A stretch of 64,000 nt of DNA from Macrostomum lignano (GCA_002269645.1 NIVC01000040.1:1116001-1180000), one strand, 5' to 3'; shown: positions 25,360 to 37,654, numbered from the stretch's first letter. Notes: generated from the letters alone by a model not told the origin. Program-made: numbers and translations.

Positions 25360-26555
25360 TTAACTCAATTCAATTATCGCTAAAAATTCAAGAATAAAGT
25401 TTCTGGAATTCACTTTCAAAGGAATGCGCCACGTGGCGCAGCCAAGCGATCCCGGAACCTCAGCATAAAATGGTTCAGCAAATGCCCCAAACAGCCAACC
25501 AAAGTCAGGCCCGACCTGTTCAACATTCACTCTGCAGGCATTCAGCATGCGGCTTCTTCTGTTCGTTTCGGTCTTCATTCTGGCAGCTTCCGGGATCTCC
25601 GGGGCTGAGCTGGGTGAGTTTGAGATGCGTCTCACCTGAGCTGGGTGAGTTTGAGATGCGCCTCACCTGAGCTGGGAGCGTTTGAGATGCGTCTCACCTG
25701 AGCTGGGTGAGTTTGAGATGCGTCTCACCTGAGCTGGGTGAGTTTGAGATGCGTCTCACCTGAGCTGGGTGAGTTTGAGATGCGTCTCACCTGAGCTGGG
25801 AGCGTTTGAGATGCGTCTCACCTGAGCTGGGAGCGTTTGAGATGCGTCTCACCTGAGCTGGGTGAGTTTGAGATGCGCCTCACCTGAGCTGGGAGCGTTT
25901 GAGATGCGTCTCACCTGAGCTGGGTGAGTTTGAGATGCGCCTCACCTGAGCTGGGTGAGTTTGAGATGCGCCTCACCTGAGCTGGGTGAGTTTGAGATGC
26001 GCCTCACCTGAGCTGGGTGAGTTTCAGATGCGCCTCACCTGAGCTGGGTGAGTTTGAGATGCGCCTCACCTGAGCTGGGTGAGTTTCAGATGCGCCTCAT
26101 CTGAGCTGGGTGAGTTTGAGCAAATGAGCAAAGACACAGCATCACAGATGAAAAGTCTCACTTTAACTGTGTTTGTGAAAACTCCTCCTTCAAGAATACG
26201 CATCCGTCTATCAGTGGAATTTCTCAGAAGATTAATTGTCGATGCTACTCGTAAATTTGTGATTTGCGAGACTACTGAAGTTATTTCTGACCTTAGTTCA
26301 TTAGTGCTTTGAACAAACTGTACATAAAGCTTATCACTTTCATTCTTTTGCTTGGCTACTTTTATGCGGAGATCTTCTATGTTTATCTGTAGCTGGTGCC
26401 TTGATCGCTCTAATTGTTTCAGTCTGTTTTTATTCAGTTTGATCTCTGGGATCTCTTCGTCGCTGTTGATATATCGCATGTCAAGGATGGATATTTGAGC
26501 TGATGTAAAGAGCGCTGTTGCCAGGAATGGATTCACCTGCAAAATTAATAGACAT
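25360..26555 (-). pseudogene. Polinton-associated coiled-coil/fiber-like ORF split by a 31-bp array
   Basis: MSINFAGESIPG...(fs)MRYINSDEEIPEIKLNKNRLKQL...ICSNSPSS joins in frame to APEIPEAAR...FLAIIELS* once 496 nt of repeat is removed. Function is a guess. Confidence 0.5.
25605..26120. repeat. 31-bp tandem array (16 units plus 20 bp)
   Basis: Unit ctgagctgggtgagtttgagatgcgtctcac; 516 bp = 16x31 + 20. Confidence 0.95.
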
Positions 26556-26571
26556 CTTTTAATAGCAAATT

Positions 26572-27055
26572 TTAAATTACACTTCTTTTTTCTTTGTTGA
26601 TCATGACAAACTGATAGGGTTGGTTCCAATTTTCGTAGCAGAGGTTAACGAATTCCTCCTGTGAAATCTTTCTGTTTGAGTTTTTTGTTGGATTTATAAA
26701 ATAGGCAGGCGCAATGACCTCATTGTAGAATCTTTTTAGCCTGTCCTGTGGAATGATTGGAAACAGGAGAATCAGATTGCAGTTCCACCGAATTGTTTTG
26801 TTCGGGAGCTCGAACCAGTTCTGAGCAATGTAAATTACATTACAATTGTTATGTCGTCCTCTTGTAATTTTTTCTATCTGCTTCTGTGGGCCTGTAATAC
26901 AATCATCAAAGACGCATGTTAAAGACTCTGAATGTTTTACCTGAACCTGATGAACCAACAACAATGCATCTGAAGTGACTCGGGATTGACTCGTGATGAG
27001 AAAACTTAATCTGATTACGCTTCCAGTGAGGATTGAAGTCGTTTGAAAAGTCCAT
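26572..27055 (-). pseudogene. A32/FtsK-like genome-packaging ATPase (Polinton type), internally deleted
   Basis: ATG at 27055; HFRCIVVGSSGSGKT (Walker A, 26933-26956). In another frame: CVFDD (Walker B), TRGRHNNCNVIYIAQNWFELPNKTIRWNCNLILLF. Confidence 0.85.
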
Positions 27056-27084
27056 TTTTTCTATGATGAAAAAATTTTTTTAGT

Positions 27085-27285
27085 AATAAATGTGTCATGT
27101 GTCATTAGATGTGTCATTAAATGTGTCATTAGAAGATGTGTCATTTTGGGACTTAAATGTGTCATTATGGGACTTAGATGTGTCATTAAATGTGTCATTA
27201 GAAGATGTGTCATTTTGGGACTTAAATGTGTCATTATGGGACTTAGATGTGTCATTTTGGGACTTAGATGTGTCATTTCGGGACT
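27085..27285. repeat. Compound 12/21-bp minisatellite between viral ORFs
   Basis: gatgtgtcatta and aatgtgtcattttgggactta units. Confidence 0.9.
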
Positions 27286-27328
27286 AGTCTTATACTCTTA
27301 CATGTCTTGTACCCTCGGAAAGTACCCT

Positions 27329-27723
27329 TTAGTCCAATTTGAAACCACTTCCTTTTTTAATTCTAGCTCTCATCTTCTCATAGACTGCAGGGTTCACACT
27401 GTCTGGTCTGGATTTGGGGCCAGCGGTGCCAGTGGAGCCAGTGGAGGTTGAATCTCTTGTTTAGGTGTTACAGTATCCTTTATCGTTTTGGCTGCTGTGG
27501 CTACACTGCCAGCCGCTTCGGCAACGTTCTTGATGTTCTCTTTGTTCTCTCCAATGATCTTAAAAATCTTGGCCCCCTGAGCGATCAAATCAGCAAGGCC
27601 ATTCCCAGAGCGTTCTTTTCTTGGATAGTGGCCTGCAGGGAAAAGTCCAGATCCGCGTTTAATGAGATTAAGTTCCTCTTTGTCATAGTATTTGTCAATG
27701 TCTTTTTCGAAAATAAGTGGCAT
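27329..27723 (-). pseudogene. Small Polinton/adintovirus core-like protein with GxG motifs
   Basis: ATG at 27723; LIKRGSGLFP, ERSGNGLADLIAQGAKIFKII (amphipathic). After a frameshift near 27395 it ends VYEKMRARIKKGSGFKLD*. Confidence 0.55.
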
Positions 27724-27739
27724 TTTTACTTGAAATAAA

Positions 27740-28804
27740 TTATTTTTTGTTGAACCGCGAAAGCAGAAGCTCTCTCGCCCTCTTATCGATGTATTTTCTC
27801 TCAAGCATTTTATTGAGGATGTGAACGAACTCTTTTCTATTCTCATCTTTCATTCCGGTCTTTGCTGCACCTAGGAGAACAACTAGCCGCTTGTAGACTT
27901 CAGGCACGCCTTTTCCGGAAGAGCTTGGCGGTGATTCGAATTATTGCTCAGAGGAGGATGTTCCTGGTGAGGGTTGCTGTAGCCTAGGTGTGAATACTCT
28001 GTCATTGATTCGCTTCATTCGTTCTGGGGAGAGCTGCTCTAATTGTCGCCAAGCATCAGGGTGTCTATCTTTGTACTGCGAAACATGAATCGGTTCTGCA
28101 GCGTCAAGTTGATCAAGTACTTGTTCAGCCTGGATTTTTTGTTGCTGTGGAGGCGGAGGTTGTTGTGGTTGTTGCTGCTGTTGTGGTTGCTGTGGTTGCG
28201 GTTGTTGTTGTGGTTGTTGTTGTGGTTGTTGTTGTAGTTGTTTGTGGTGGTTGTGGTTGTTGTGGTTGTTGTCTTATGACCTCTTCTTGATCCGGCAAAC
28301 CAAACCATTTTTTAAAGTATTTGTATTTTTTAAACCTGTTCAAGACAATCCTGTTTTCATGTAAAAATTTTCAAAACACCCTGGTTCTTGAGCATATTTA
28401 TGTCCCTATCAAGAGCAAAGATAACAAGATCTTTGTAATTTTCGAGCTGCTTTTTAGACGTTGTATCTAGATTTTGAAATCTTTTCCTTTGTCACTTCAA
28501 TGTTGTAATCCGCCGGTTCCCCGGTAATATATTTTCGCCAGGCGCTAAATCCAAATATATATTTTCCATCATCCACTACGGGGCCAAAAAAGTTATCCGT
28601 CACTTTCATCTGCACCGGTTTTGCTTCTGGTTGTCCTGGTTCCTGAGCCTGGGGTTGCCCCGGTGAAGATGGGATTTTACCCAATGTGTTTTGCAACTGG
28701 CTCTCTTGAATATCACCAATTGCTTCTTTCACAGTGTCGATGTTTTTCTTCGCTTCTGTGTATCCGGGTTTGTGAAATTCGGTGGCTGCTTGGACGAATT
28801 CCAA
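27740..28804 (-). pseudogene. Polinton PZ-like protein (frameshifted, Q/P-rich linker)
   Basis: C-terminus SGKGVPEVYKRLVVLLGAAKTGMKDENRKEFVHILNKMLERKYIDK resembles the RLxLLxxxxxAG...E...I...L motif recalled for Polinton PZ. Stops and frameshifts present. Confidence 0.55.
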
Positions 28805-28813
28805 CTAATTTGA

Positions 28814-29607
28814 ACTAATCTAGGTCCAGGTCAGACACTGACTTTCACATACAATGATTGCTCGTCATTGGTCAGTGTCCACAGTCTAAGAAGTGGATTC
28901 TACATTACTTTCCAATTCAAGACACAAGGTGGAGATGATGCTGCTCATGCCAATGACGATAAGCACAATGCAAATGTGGCATTGATCAGTAACTTCTGGG
29001 CGTACATGTTCAAAGAGTTTAGCGTGTCGAATGGAAGCACAGAGTTGGAAAGAATAGCAAACTTTGTTGTGGTCTATGATACCCAGCGCTTGATTGAGAA
29101 CCCGCATTTTATCCAGTTGGGAAGTGGAGCTGGCTTTATCCCCAATGAGTGGAAAGTTAGGGGATGTGGATGACCCCGGTTACAAAAAGAGAAAGGAGAG
29201 ATAGAACTATGCTCTTGCTGGTGCGAACAATGCTGCTAAGAATCCGCTGTTTAGGTCTGTAGATATTTTTGTACCTTTGAGGTTTATGAGTGGTTTCTGT
29301 AATAGTTTCAATCGGTTGACAAGCAACTTTAGCTACACATTTAGGTTGACTAGAGATGATCGAGATCGAGGAATTTGGACAGGAGCTGACCATACAATGA
29401 TGGAGGTAAAACTTGCTGGTGTGGAGCTGTATTTTGAAACCAATTAAGCGAAAACACTTTGAGACACCGGATCCAAGTAGACCAGAGAACAAACTGTTTC
29501 CTGCTAAACTATCCCATGATCTCACTGTGATGAGAGTTGTCTTGCAAGTTCATAAAGATGCTGAGATTGAGTTTAAAAAACACATGGTACAGAGAGTTAG
29601 GTTTTGA
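28814..29607 (+). pseudogene. Polinton-type double jelly-roll major capsid protein, N-terminal part
   Basis: NLGPGQTLTFTYND...LISNFWAYMFKEFSVSNGSTELE...(fs)DPGYKKRK...VPLRFMSGFCNSFNRL...FRLTRD matches recalled MCP motifs (NN..FLF..I..ELNG; IPL..FGFC; LTR). Cut by a Helitron at 29608. Confidence 0.75.
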
Positions 29608-32055
29608 CTAGCAATCTACGCCCCCCGTTGGGGAGCCAAAGAAATGCAATACACGTTTTTTTAATAAGCTACATGTATCCTTGAAATCTTAAAAAATCTC
29701 CTGTCAAACCTTGTAAGCCTTGACATGTCAGGAATTCCCCCCACAAGCTTTAACATATTAACTTCCCCCCTTGACATCTCAGCAATGCCCCCAATAAGCC
29801 TTGGAAATCTAAAAACATCTGTCAACCTTCTAACCCTACCCTAGCCTACCCTAACCCTAACCCTAAACCTAACCTAACCCTAAAGCATTGAAATTTCCGT
29901 AATTCTCTCTAAGAGTCATTATAGCACTACTACAGCATTATAGCGATTTCCTGTAAGCCTCGACATCGTAGGGATTCCCAAATGAATCTCTTAACTTCGA
30001 CATGAAGCTTCTTTTATTTTTTACATTACGCTTTTTTTATCAGCGATCCCTCCCCTGAGGAGGCATCAAATAATGTAATAAAAAGTTTTCAATAAACTAC
30101 ATGTAGCTTCTGACTTTAGCCTTGAAATCTCATTTATACCCCCGTGAGCCTTGACATCTCAGCTATTCCCCCCGTAAGCCTTAACATGTCAACGATGGCC
30201 CCCATAAACCTTGAAATCTAAAAATCCCCTGTTAACCTTGAAACCCGATAAAATATAACCCTCAACCCACACCTGACCTAAACCTAACTTTAACCCAACC
30301 TAAAGCCTTGAAATCTCAGCAATTCTTCTCCCCTAAGCCTTGACATTTTAGTGATTCCTTCTTTAAGAATCACAGCACTATAACGATTTCCACCAAGCTT
30401 TGACATCGTAGCGATTCCCAAATAAATCTTTTAACTGCGACATGACTTTCCTTTTATGTATACGTAGTGCTACTTTTATTTTTTACATGACTCTTCTTCT
30501 ATCAGCGCCCCCCCCCGTGGCGAGCCAACAAAGAATGCAATAAAAAATTGAGTAAAGTACATGAACTTTGAAGTAGCTTCTGACTTTTGCTTTGACATCT
30601 CAGAACCCCACCCCCCGTAATCTCAGTTATTTTCTGAGAGCCTTTATGTCTCAGTTTTTCTCCCCAGCACAGCATTATAGCTGCATTTAATTTTTACATG
30701 ACACCCTTCATGTCTGACATGAAGCTTCTTTTATTCTACCATGATGCTTCTTAATTTTTTAAATGACACTTTCATTAGTTTTTAAATGAGGCCTCTATGA
30801 TTTTTTATATGAAGCTTCTATGATTGTTTATATGACGCTTCTATGATTGTTTACATGACGCTTCTATAATTGTTTACATGACCCTTCTCTGATTTTTTAC
30901 ATGACGCTTCTATGATTTTTTAAATGACGCTTCTATGATTTTTATATGACGCTTCTACGATTTTTTACATGACGCTTCTATGATTGTTTACATGACGCTT
31001 CTATGATTGTTTACATGACGCTTCTATGATTTTTTACATGACGCTTCTATGATTTTTATATGACGCTTCTACGATTTTTTACATGACGCTTCTATGATTT
31101 TTTACATGACGCTTCTATGATTTTTTACATGACGCTTCTATGCTTTTTACATGACGCTTCTATGATTTTTTACATGACGCTTCTATGATTGTTTATATGA
31201 CGCTTCTATGATTGTTTACATGACGCTTCTATGATTTTTTAAATGACGCTTCTATGATTGTTTACATGACGCTTCTATGATTGTTTACATGACGCTTCTA
31301 TGATTTTTTACATGACGCTTCAATGATTTTTACATGACGCTTCTATGATTTTTTAAATGACGCTTCTACGATTTTTACATGACGCTTCTATGATTGTTTA
31401 TATGACGCTTCTATGATTTTTTACATGACGCTTCTATGAATGTTTACATGACCCTTCTCTGATTTTTTACATGACGCTTCTTTTATAAAAGTCTTTTAGT
31501 TTTCCTGACGTTGAAAAGCTTTAATTAAAAAAATTATAATTTATGAAAATTCGAACCATCGTCGCTGCATTTAGCAGTTCAGTTTGTTCACCTTTAGGCT
31601 AGCTCTCATCGTTTTGATAACATCAAATTTTGCACTTATATAATTCAACACTTGAAAACTCCAAGCATAGAGTAAATCACACGAAGCAGTTATGACATAA
31701 TCAGTTTCTCAGTCAGTCAGTATCAGTTAACAATATGGTTACGCAATTTAAATCAAGTCTGGTGCTACGCTTCCACACTGCATTTTCAATTCAAGTCGGA
31801 GTTACAATTCAGTTATGATGCAATCTATTTCAGAATCAGAATTCAACCAGTCAGTTTTTTCTCTAGCATTCTTACAATGCATTTCAAGTCGAAAAGTTTG
31901 CTTGACCTTTGCAAAAAAGCATGTTTTTCGAATATTTAATGCCTTTAGCATCGAAAAATTTCTTAGCCACGATGCATGTACAGTCACGGGAAAATTTCTG
32001 ATCGAACAGTGCAAGTCTCATGAAAATCGGTTAAGCCACTTTTTCTCTAATCTAT

Positions 32056-32095
<40 letters not shown>
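29608..32095 (-). mobile_element. Non-autonomous Helitron, subfamily A0
   Basis: Minus-strand 3' end: GC hairpin then agattgCTAG|T. Contains a 23-bp satellite (30790-31480, atgacgcttctatgattttttac) and the shared ~400-bp 5' core. Confidence 0.65.
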
Positions 32096-32096
<1 letters not shown>

Positions 32097-32099
32097 ATC

Positions 32100-34484
32100 T
32101 GGCATGCTGGCTAGCATGTCTATAAAGCATGTCCATAAACATATAGACATGCTGGCTTTTTACTGTTAGACATGGTGGTTCTTCTATGTTTGACATGGTG
32201 GCTCTTTAATGTTCGACATGTTGGCTTTTTACTGTTAGACATGGTGGTTCTTCTATGTTTGACATGGTGGCTCTTTAATGTTCGACATGTTGGCTTTTTA
32301 CTGTTAGACATGGTGGTTCTTCTATGTTTGACATGGTGGCATTTTAATGTTCGACATGGTGGCTCTTTAATGTTAGACATGGTGGCTCTTCTATGTTTGA
32401 CATGGTGGCTCTTCTATTTTTGACATGGTGGCTCTTTAATGATCGACATGGTGGTTCTTTCATGTTCGAAATGGTGGTTCTTTAATGTTCGAAATGGTGG
32501 CTCTTAAATATTCTACATGGTGGCTCTTTTATGTTCGACATTGTGGCTCTTTAAAGTTCGATATGGTGGCTCTTTTATGTTAGACATGGTGGTTCTTTAA
32601 TGTTCGACATAGTGGCTCTTTAATGTTTGAAATATTGGCTCTTTAATGTTCGACATGGTGGCTCTTTTAGGTTTGACATAATGGCTCTTTAATGTTTGAC
32701 ATAGTGGCTCTTTAATGTTCGATATGGTGGCTCTTTTATGTTAGACATGGTGGCTCTTTTAGGTTTGACATGATGGCACTTTTATGTTTTGACATGGCGG
32801 CTCTTTAATGTTGGATATGGTGGCTCTTTAGTGTTTTACATGGTGGCTCTTTAATGTTCGACATTTTGGCTCTTTAATGTTCGACATGGTGGCTCTTTTA
32901 CCAGTATGTTCGAAATGGTGGCTCTTTAATGTTTGACATAAACTCACAGATATGTTTGACATATTGGCTCTTAAATTTTTGACATGGTGGGTCTTTTATG
33001 TTCGGCATGGTGGCTCTTTTTAATATCTGACATGGTGGCTCTTTTATGTTCGACATGGTGGCTCTTTTAGGTTTGACATGGTGGCTCTTAATTGTTTGAC
33101 ATGGTGGCTCTTTAATGTTCGAAATGGTGGCTCTTTAATGTTTGAAATGGTGGCTCTTTAAAATTCTACATGGTGGCTCTTTAATGTTCGACATGGTGGT
33201 TCTTTAATGTTCTTCATTATATAGCTCTTTTATGTTACACATGGTGGCTCTTTAATGTTCGACATGGTGGCTCTTCTATGTTTGACATAAAGTCACATAT
33301 ATGTTCGACATGGTGGTTCTTTAATGTTCTTCATTATATAGCTCTTTAATGTTCGACATGGTGGCTCTTTAATGTTCGACATGGTGGCTCTTCTATGTTT
33401 GACATAAAGTCACATATATGTTTGACATGGTGGCTCTTTAATGTTCGACATGGTGGATCTTTTTTGTTCTACATGGTAACTCTTTTATGTTAGATACAGT
33501 GGCTTTTTAATGTCTGACATGTTGGCTCTTTTATGTTTGACATGGTGGCTCTTTAATGTTCGACATGGTGGCTCTTTAATGTTGGCATAAAGTCACATAT
33601 ATGTTTGACATGGTGGCTCCTAAATGTTCGACATGGTGGCTCTTTAATGTTGGCATAAAGTCACATATATGTTTGACATGGTGGCTCCTAAATGTTTGAC
33701 ATGGTGGCTCTTTATGTTTGACATGGTGGCTCTTTAATGTTCGACATAGTGGCTCTTTAATGTTTGAAATGGTGGCTCTTTAAATGTTTGACATGGTGAG
33801 TCTTTTATGTTCGACATGGTGGCTCTTTTATGTTTGACATGGTAACTCTTTTATGTTCGATATGTTGGCTCTTCTATGTTTGACATTGCGCTTCTTTGAT
33901 GTTTAGCAATTTTATTGTGTTTTTAAGGTGTTTTAATAAAAAAATCTTTTTGCACTACTAGGATTTGAACCCAGGTCGCTACATTAGCATTCCAGTCTGT
34001 TCGCATCAGGGCTATCTCTTTTCAATTGGAGAACATGAATTGTGGCCCTTATAATTCAATTTTTACAGCAAGTCAATTGGAGTAAAAAGTTATGACATAA
34101 TCAATTTCTCAGTCAGCCAGTATCAGTCTCAATTCAAGTTAGCAATATGGTTACGCAATTTAGATCAAGTCGTGTGTGCATTTTTCGGCACTGTTTTCAA
34201 CTTGTTGTGATGCAATCTTTATCACAATCGGAATTCAGTCAGTCAGTTTTTTCTCTAGCATTCTTACAATGCATTTCAAGTCGAAAATTTGGCTTGACCT
34301 TTGCAAAAAAGCATGTTTTTCGAATATTTAATCCCTTTAACATTGAGCAATTTCTTAGCCAAGATGCATCTACCGTCCCAGGAAAATTTCTGATCGAATG
34401 GTGCAAGTTTGAAGAAAATCGGTTGAGCCAATTTTTCTGAAATCTATCGCATAGCTACAGACATTTCATTTTTAGTATATTGGA
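32100..34484 (-). mobile_element. Helitron subfamily A unit, 3' end missing
   Basis: 5' end TCCAATATACTAAAAATG at 34484, ~400-bp core, tRNA-like cassette, 23-bp satellite gacatggtggctctttaatgttc. Confidence 0.7.
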
Positions 34485-37400
34485 CTAGCAATCTTCGCCC
34501 CCCGATGGGGGACATCTAGATAGAATCTCTGTTCTCTACAAGTATCAAAAGGATGGCCAAACAAAGCCTTCACATAGTCAATAGAAAAACTGCTCAGATG
34601 AAGTGCAATGCAAAAAGAAAACATCCTAAGACAGCAAGCATCCCCCCAGATAGCAAGCACCCCCAGATAGCAAGCACCCCCAGATAGCAGGCATCCCCAG
34701 TTAGCAAGCACCCCCCAGATGGCAAGCACCCCCAGATAGCAGGCACCCCCAGATAGCAGGCACCCCCAGATAGCAAGCATCCCCCAGATAGCAAGCACCC
34801 GAGATAGCAAGCACCCCCAGATAGCAGGCACCCCCAGATAGCAGGCACCCCCAGATAGCAAGCACCCCAGATAGCAAGCACCCCCAGATAGCAAGCACCC
34901 CAGATAGCAAGCACCCCAGATAGCAAGCACCCCCAGATAGCAGGCACCCCAGATAGCAGGCACCCCCAGATAGCAAGCACCCCAGATAGCAAGCACCCCC
35001 AGATAGCAAGCACCCCAGATAGCAAGCACCCCAGATAGCAAGCAGCCCCAGATAGCAGGCACCCCCAGATAGCAGGCACCCCCAGATAGCAAGCACCCCA
35101 GATAGCAAGCACCCCCAGATAGCAAGCACCCCAGATAGCAAGCACCCCCAGATAGCAAGCAGCCCCAGATAGCAGACACCCCCAGATAGCAAGCACCCCC
35201 AGATAGCAAGCACCCCCAGATAGCAAGCACCCCCAGATAGCAAGCACCCCAGATAGCAAGCAACCAATTGATAGCAAGTATTGATCTTTAAATAGCAAGC
35301 ATCCACCGGACAATAAGTAGCAAGTGCAACAATTTCCTTAGCTTTATAATGGCTCCTTTGTGATTGGCATGACGCTTCTTTTTACGTTTAAAATTGCGTC
35401 TCCTATGTTCGACATGGCGCCTTTTTACTGTTAGACAGGTGGCTCTTCTATTTTTGACATGGTGGCTCTTTAATGTTCGACATGGTGGATCTTTAATGTT
35501 TGACATGGTGGCTCTTTAATGTTTGACATAGTGGCTCTTTAATGTTCTACATGGTGGCCCTTTATTGTTCGACATGGTGGATCTTCTATGTTTGACATGG
35601 TGGCTCTTCTATTTTTGACATGGTGGCTCTTTAATGTTCGACATGGTGGCACTTTAATGTTCTACATGGTGGCTCTTTAATGTTTGACATAAAGTCACAT
35701 ATATGTTTGACATGGTGGCTCTTTAATGTTCGACATGGTGGCTCTTTTTAATATCTGACATGGTGGCTCTTCTATGTTTGGCATGGTGGCTCTTAAATGT
35801 TTAACCTGGTGGCTCTTTTATGTTTGACACAGTGGCTCTTTAATGTTCGACAAAGTGGATATTTAATGTTTGACAAGGTGGCTTTTAAATGTTTGACATG
35901 GTGGCTCCTTAATGATCGAAATGGTGGCTCTTTAATGTTTGACATAAAGACACATAAATAATTGACATGGTGGCTCTTAAATTTTTGACATGGTGGCTCT
36001 TTAATGTTTTACATGGTGGCTCTTTAATGTTTGACATGGTGGCTCTTTAATGTTTGACATAAATTCACTTGTATGTTCGAAATGGTGGCCCTTTAATATT
36101 TTACATTGTGACTCTTAAGTGTTCGACATGGTGGCTCTTTTAGGTTTGACATGATGGCTCTTTTAGGTTTTACATGGTGGCTCTTTTAGGTTTAACATGG
36201 TGGCTCTTAAATGTTTGACATAAAGTCACTTATATGGTTGACATGGTGGCTCTTTTATATTCTACATTTTGGCTCTTAAATTTTCGACATGGTGGCTCTT
36301 TTAGGTTTGACATGGTGGCTCTTTTATGCTTGATATGGTGGCTCTTTAATGTTTAACATAGTGACTTTTAATGTTTGACATGGTGGCTCTTTAATGTTCG
36401 ACATGGTGGCTCTTTAATATTCGACATGGTGGCTCTTTAATGTTCGACATGGTGGCTCTTTAATGTTTGAAATGGTGGCTCTTTAATGTTTTACATGGTG
36501 GCTCTTTTATGTTCGACATGGTGGCTCTTTAATATTCTTCATGTTTTAGCTCCTTCATGTTTGACATGGTGGCTCTTTAATGTTCGAAATGGTCTTTAAT
36601 GTTTGACATAAAGTCACATATATGTTGGACATGGTGGCTCTTAAATGTTTGACATGGTGGCTCTTTATGTTTGACATGTTGGCTCTTTTATGTTTGACAT
36701 GTTGGCTCTTTTATGTTTGACATGGTGGCTCTTTAATGTTCGAAATGGTGGCTCTTTTTTGTTCTACATGGTAACTCTTTTATATTTGATACGGTGGCTT
36801 TTTAATGTCTGACATGTTGGCTCTTTTATGTTTGACATGGTGGCTCTTTAATGTTCGAAAAAAGTGGCTCCTAAATGTTTGACATAGTGGCTCTTTGATG
36901 TTAGAAATAGTGGCTGTTCTATGGTCAACATGGTGGCTCTTTAATGTTCGAAATGGTGGCTCTTTGATGTTCCAAATGGTGCCTCTTGAATATTAGACAT
37001 GGTGGCTCGTTTAGGTTTGACATGGTGGCTCTTTTATGTTTGACATGGTAACTCTTTTATGTTCGACATGTTTAGCAGTTTTGTGTTTTAAAGGTGTTTT
37101 AATAAAAAAAATCTTTTTTGCACTACTAAGATTCGAACCCAGGTCGCTACATTAGCATTCCAGTCTGTTCGCATCAGGGCTATCTTTTTTCAATTGGAGA
37201 ACATGAATTGTGGCCCTTATAATTCAATTCTTACAGCAAGTCAATTGGAGTAAAAAGTTATGACATAATCAATTTCTCAGTCAGCCAGAATCAGTCTCAA
37301 TTTAAGTTGGCAATATGGTTACGCAATTTCATTCAAGTCGTGTGTGCATTGCTTTGACACTGTTTTCAACTTGTTGTGATGCAATCTTTAGCACATTCGG

Positions 37401-37654
37401 AATTCAGTCAGTCAGTTTTTTCTCTAGCATTCTTACAATGCATTTCAAGTCGAAAATTTTGCTTGACCTTTGCAAAAAAGCATGTTTTTCGAATATTTTA
37501 TCCCTTTAACATTGAGCAATTTCTTAGCCAGGATGCATGTACCGTGCCAGGAAAATTTCTGATCGAATGGTGCAAGTTTGAAGAAAATCGGTTGAGCCAT
37601 TTTTTTCTGAAATCTATCGCATACCGACAGACAACTCATTTTTAGTATATAGGA
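34485..37654 (-). mobile_element. Complete 3.17-kb Helitron subfamily A unit
   Basis: 5' TCCTATATACTAAAAATGAG; core; tRNA-like cassette; 23-bp satellite; 17-18-bp satellite cagatagcaagcaccccc; C/G-run hairpin then agattgCTAG 3' end abutting the next TC. Confidence 0.8.

Larger units (their letters stand above)
25360..29607. mobile_element. Endogenous Polinton/Maverick (adintovirus-like) remnant, virion morphogenesis module
   Basis: Five closely packed, intronless, decayed ORFs, including a packaging ATPase, a major-capsid-like gene and a PZ-like protein. No TIR, pPolB, integrase or protease seen. Confidence 0.8.

Noticed and set aside
25605-26120. CRISPR-like array (31-bp palindromic repeats)
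   Set aside because: Units are contiguous with no unique spacers, there are no cas genes, and the context is eukaryotic.
33950-34020. Functional tRNA gene
   Set aside because: No convincing acceptor stem or anticodon arm; recorded only as a tRNA-like cassette.
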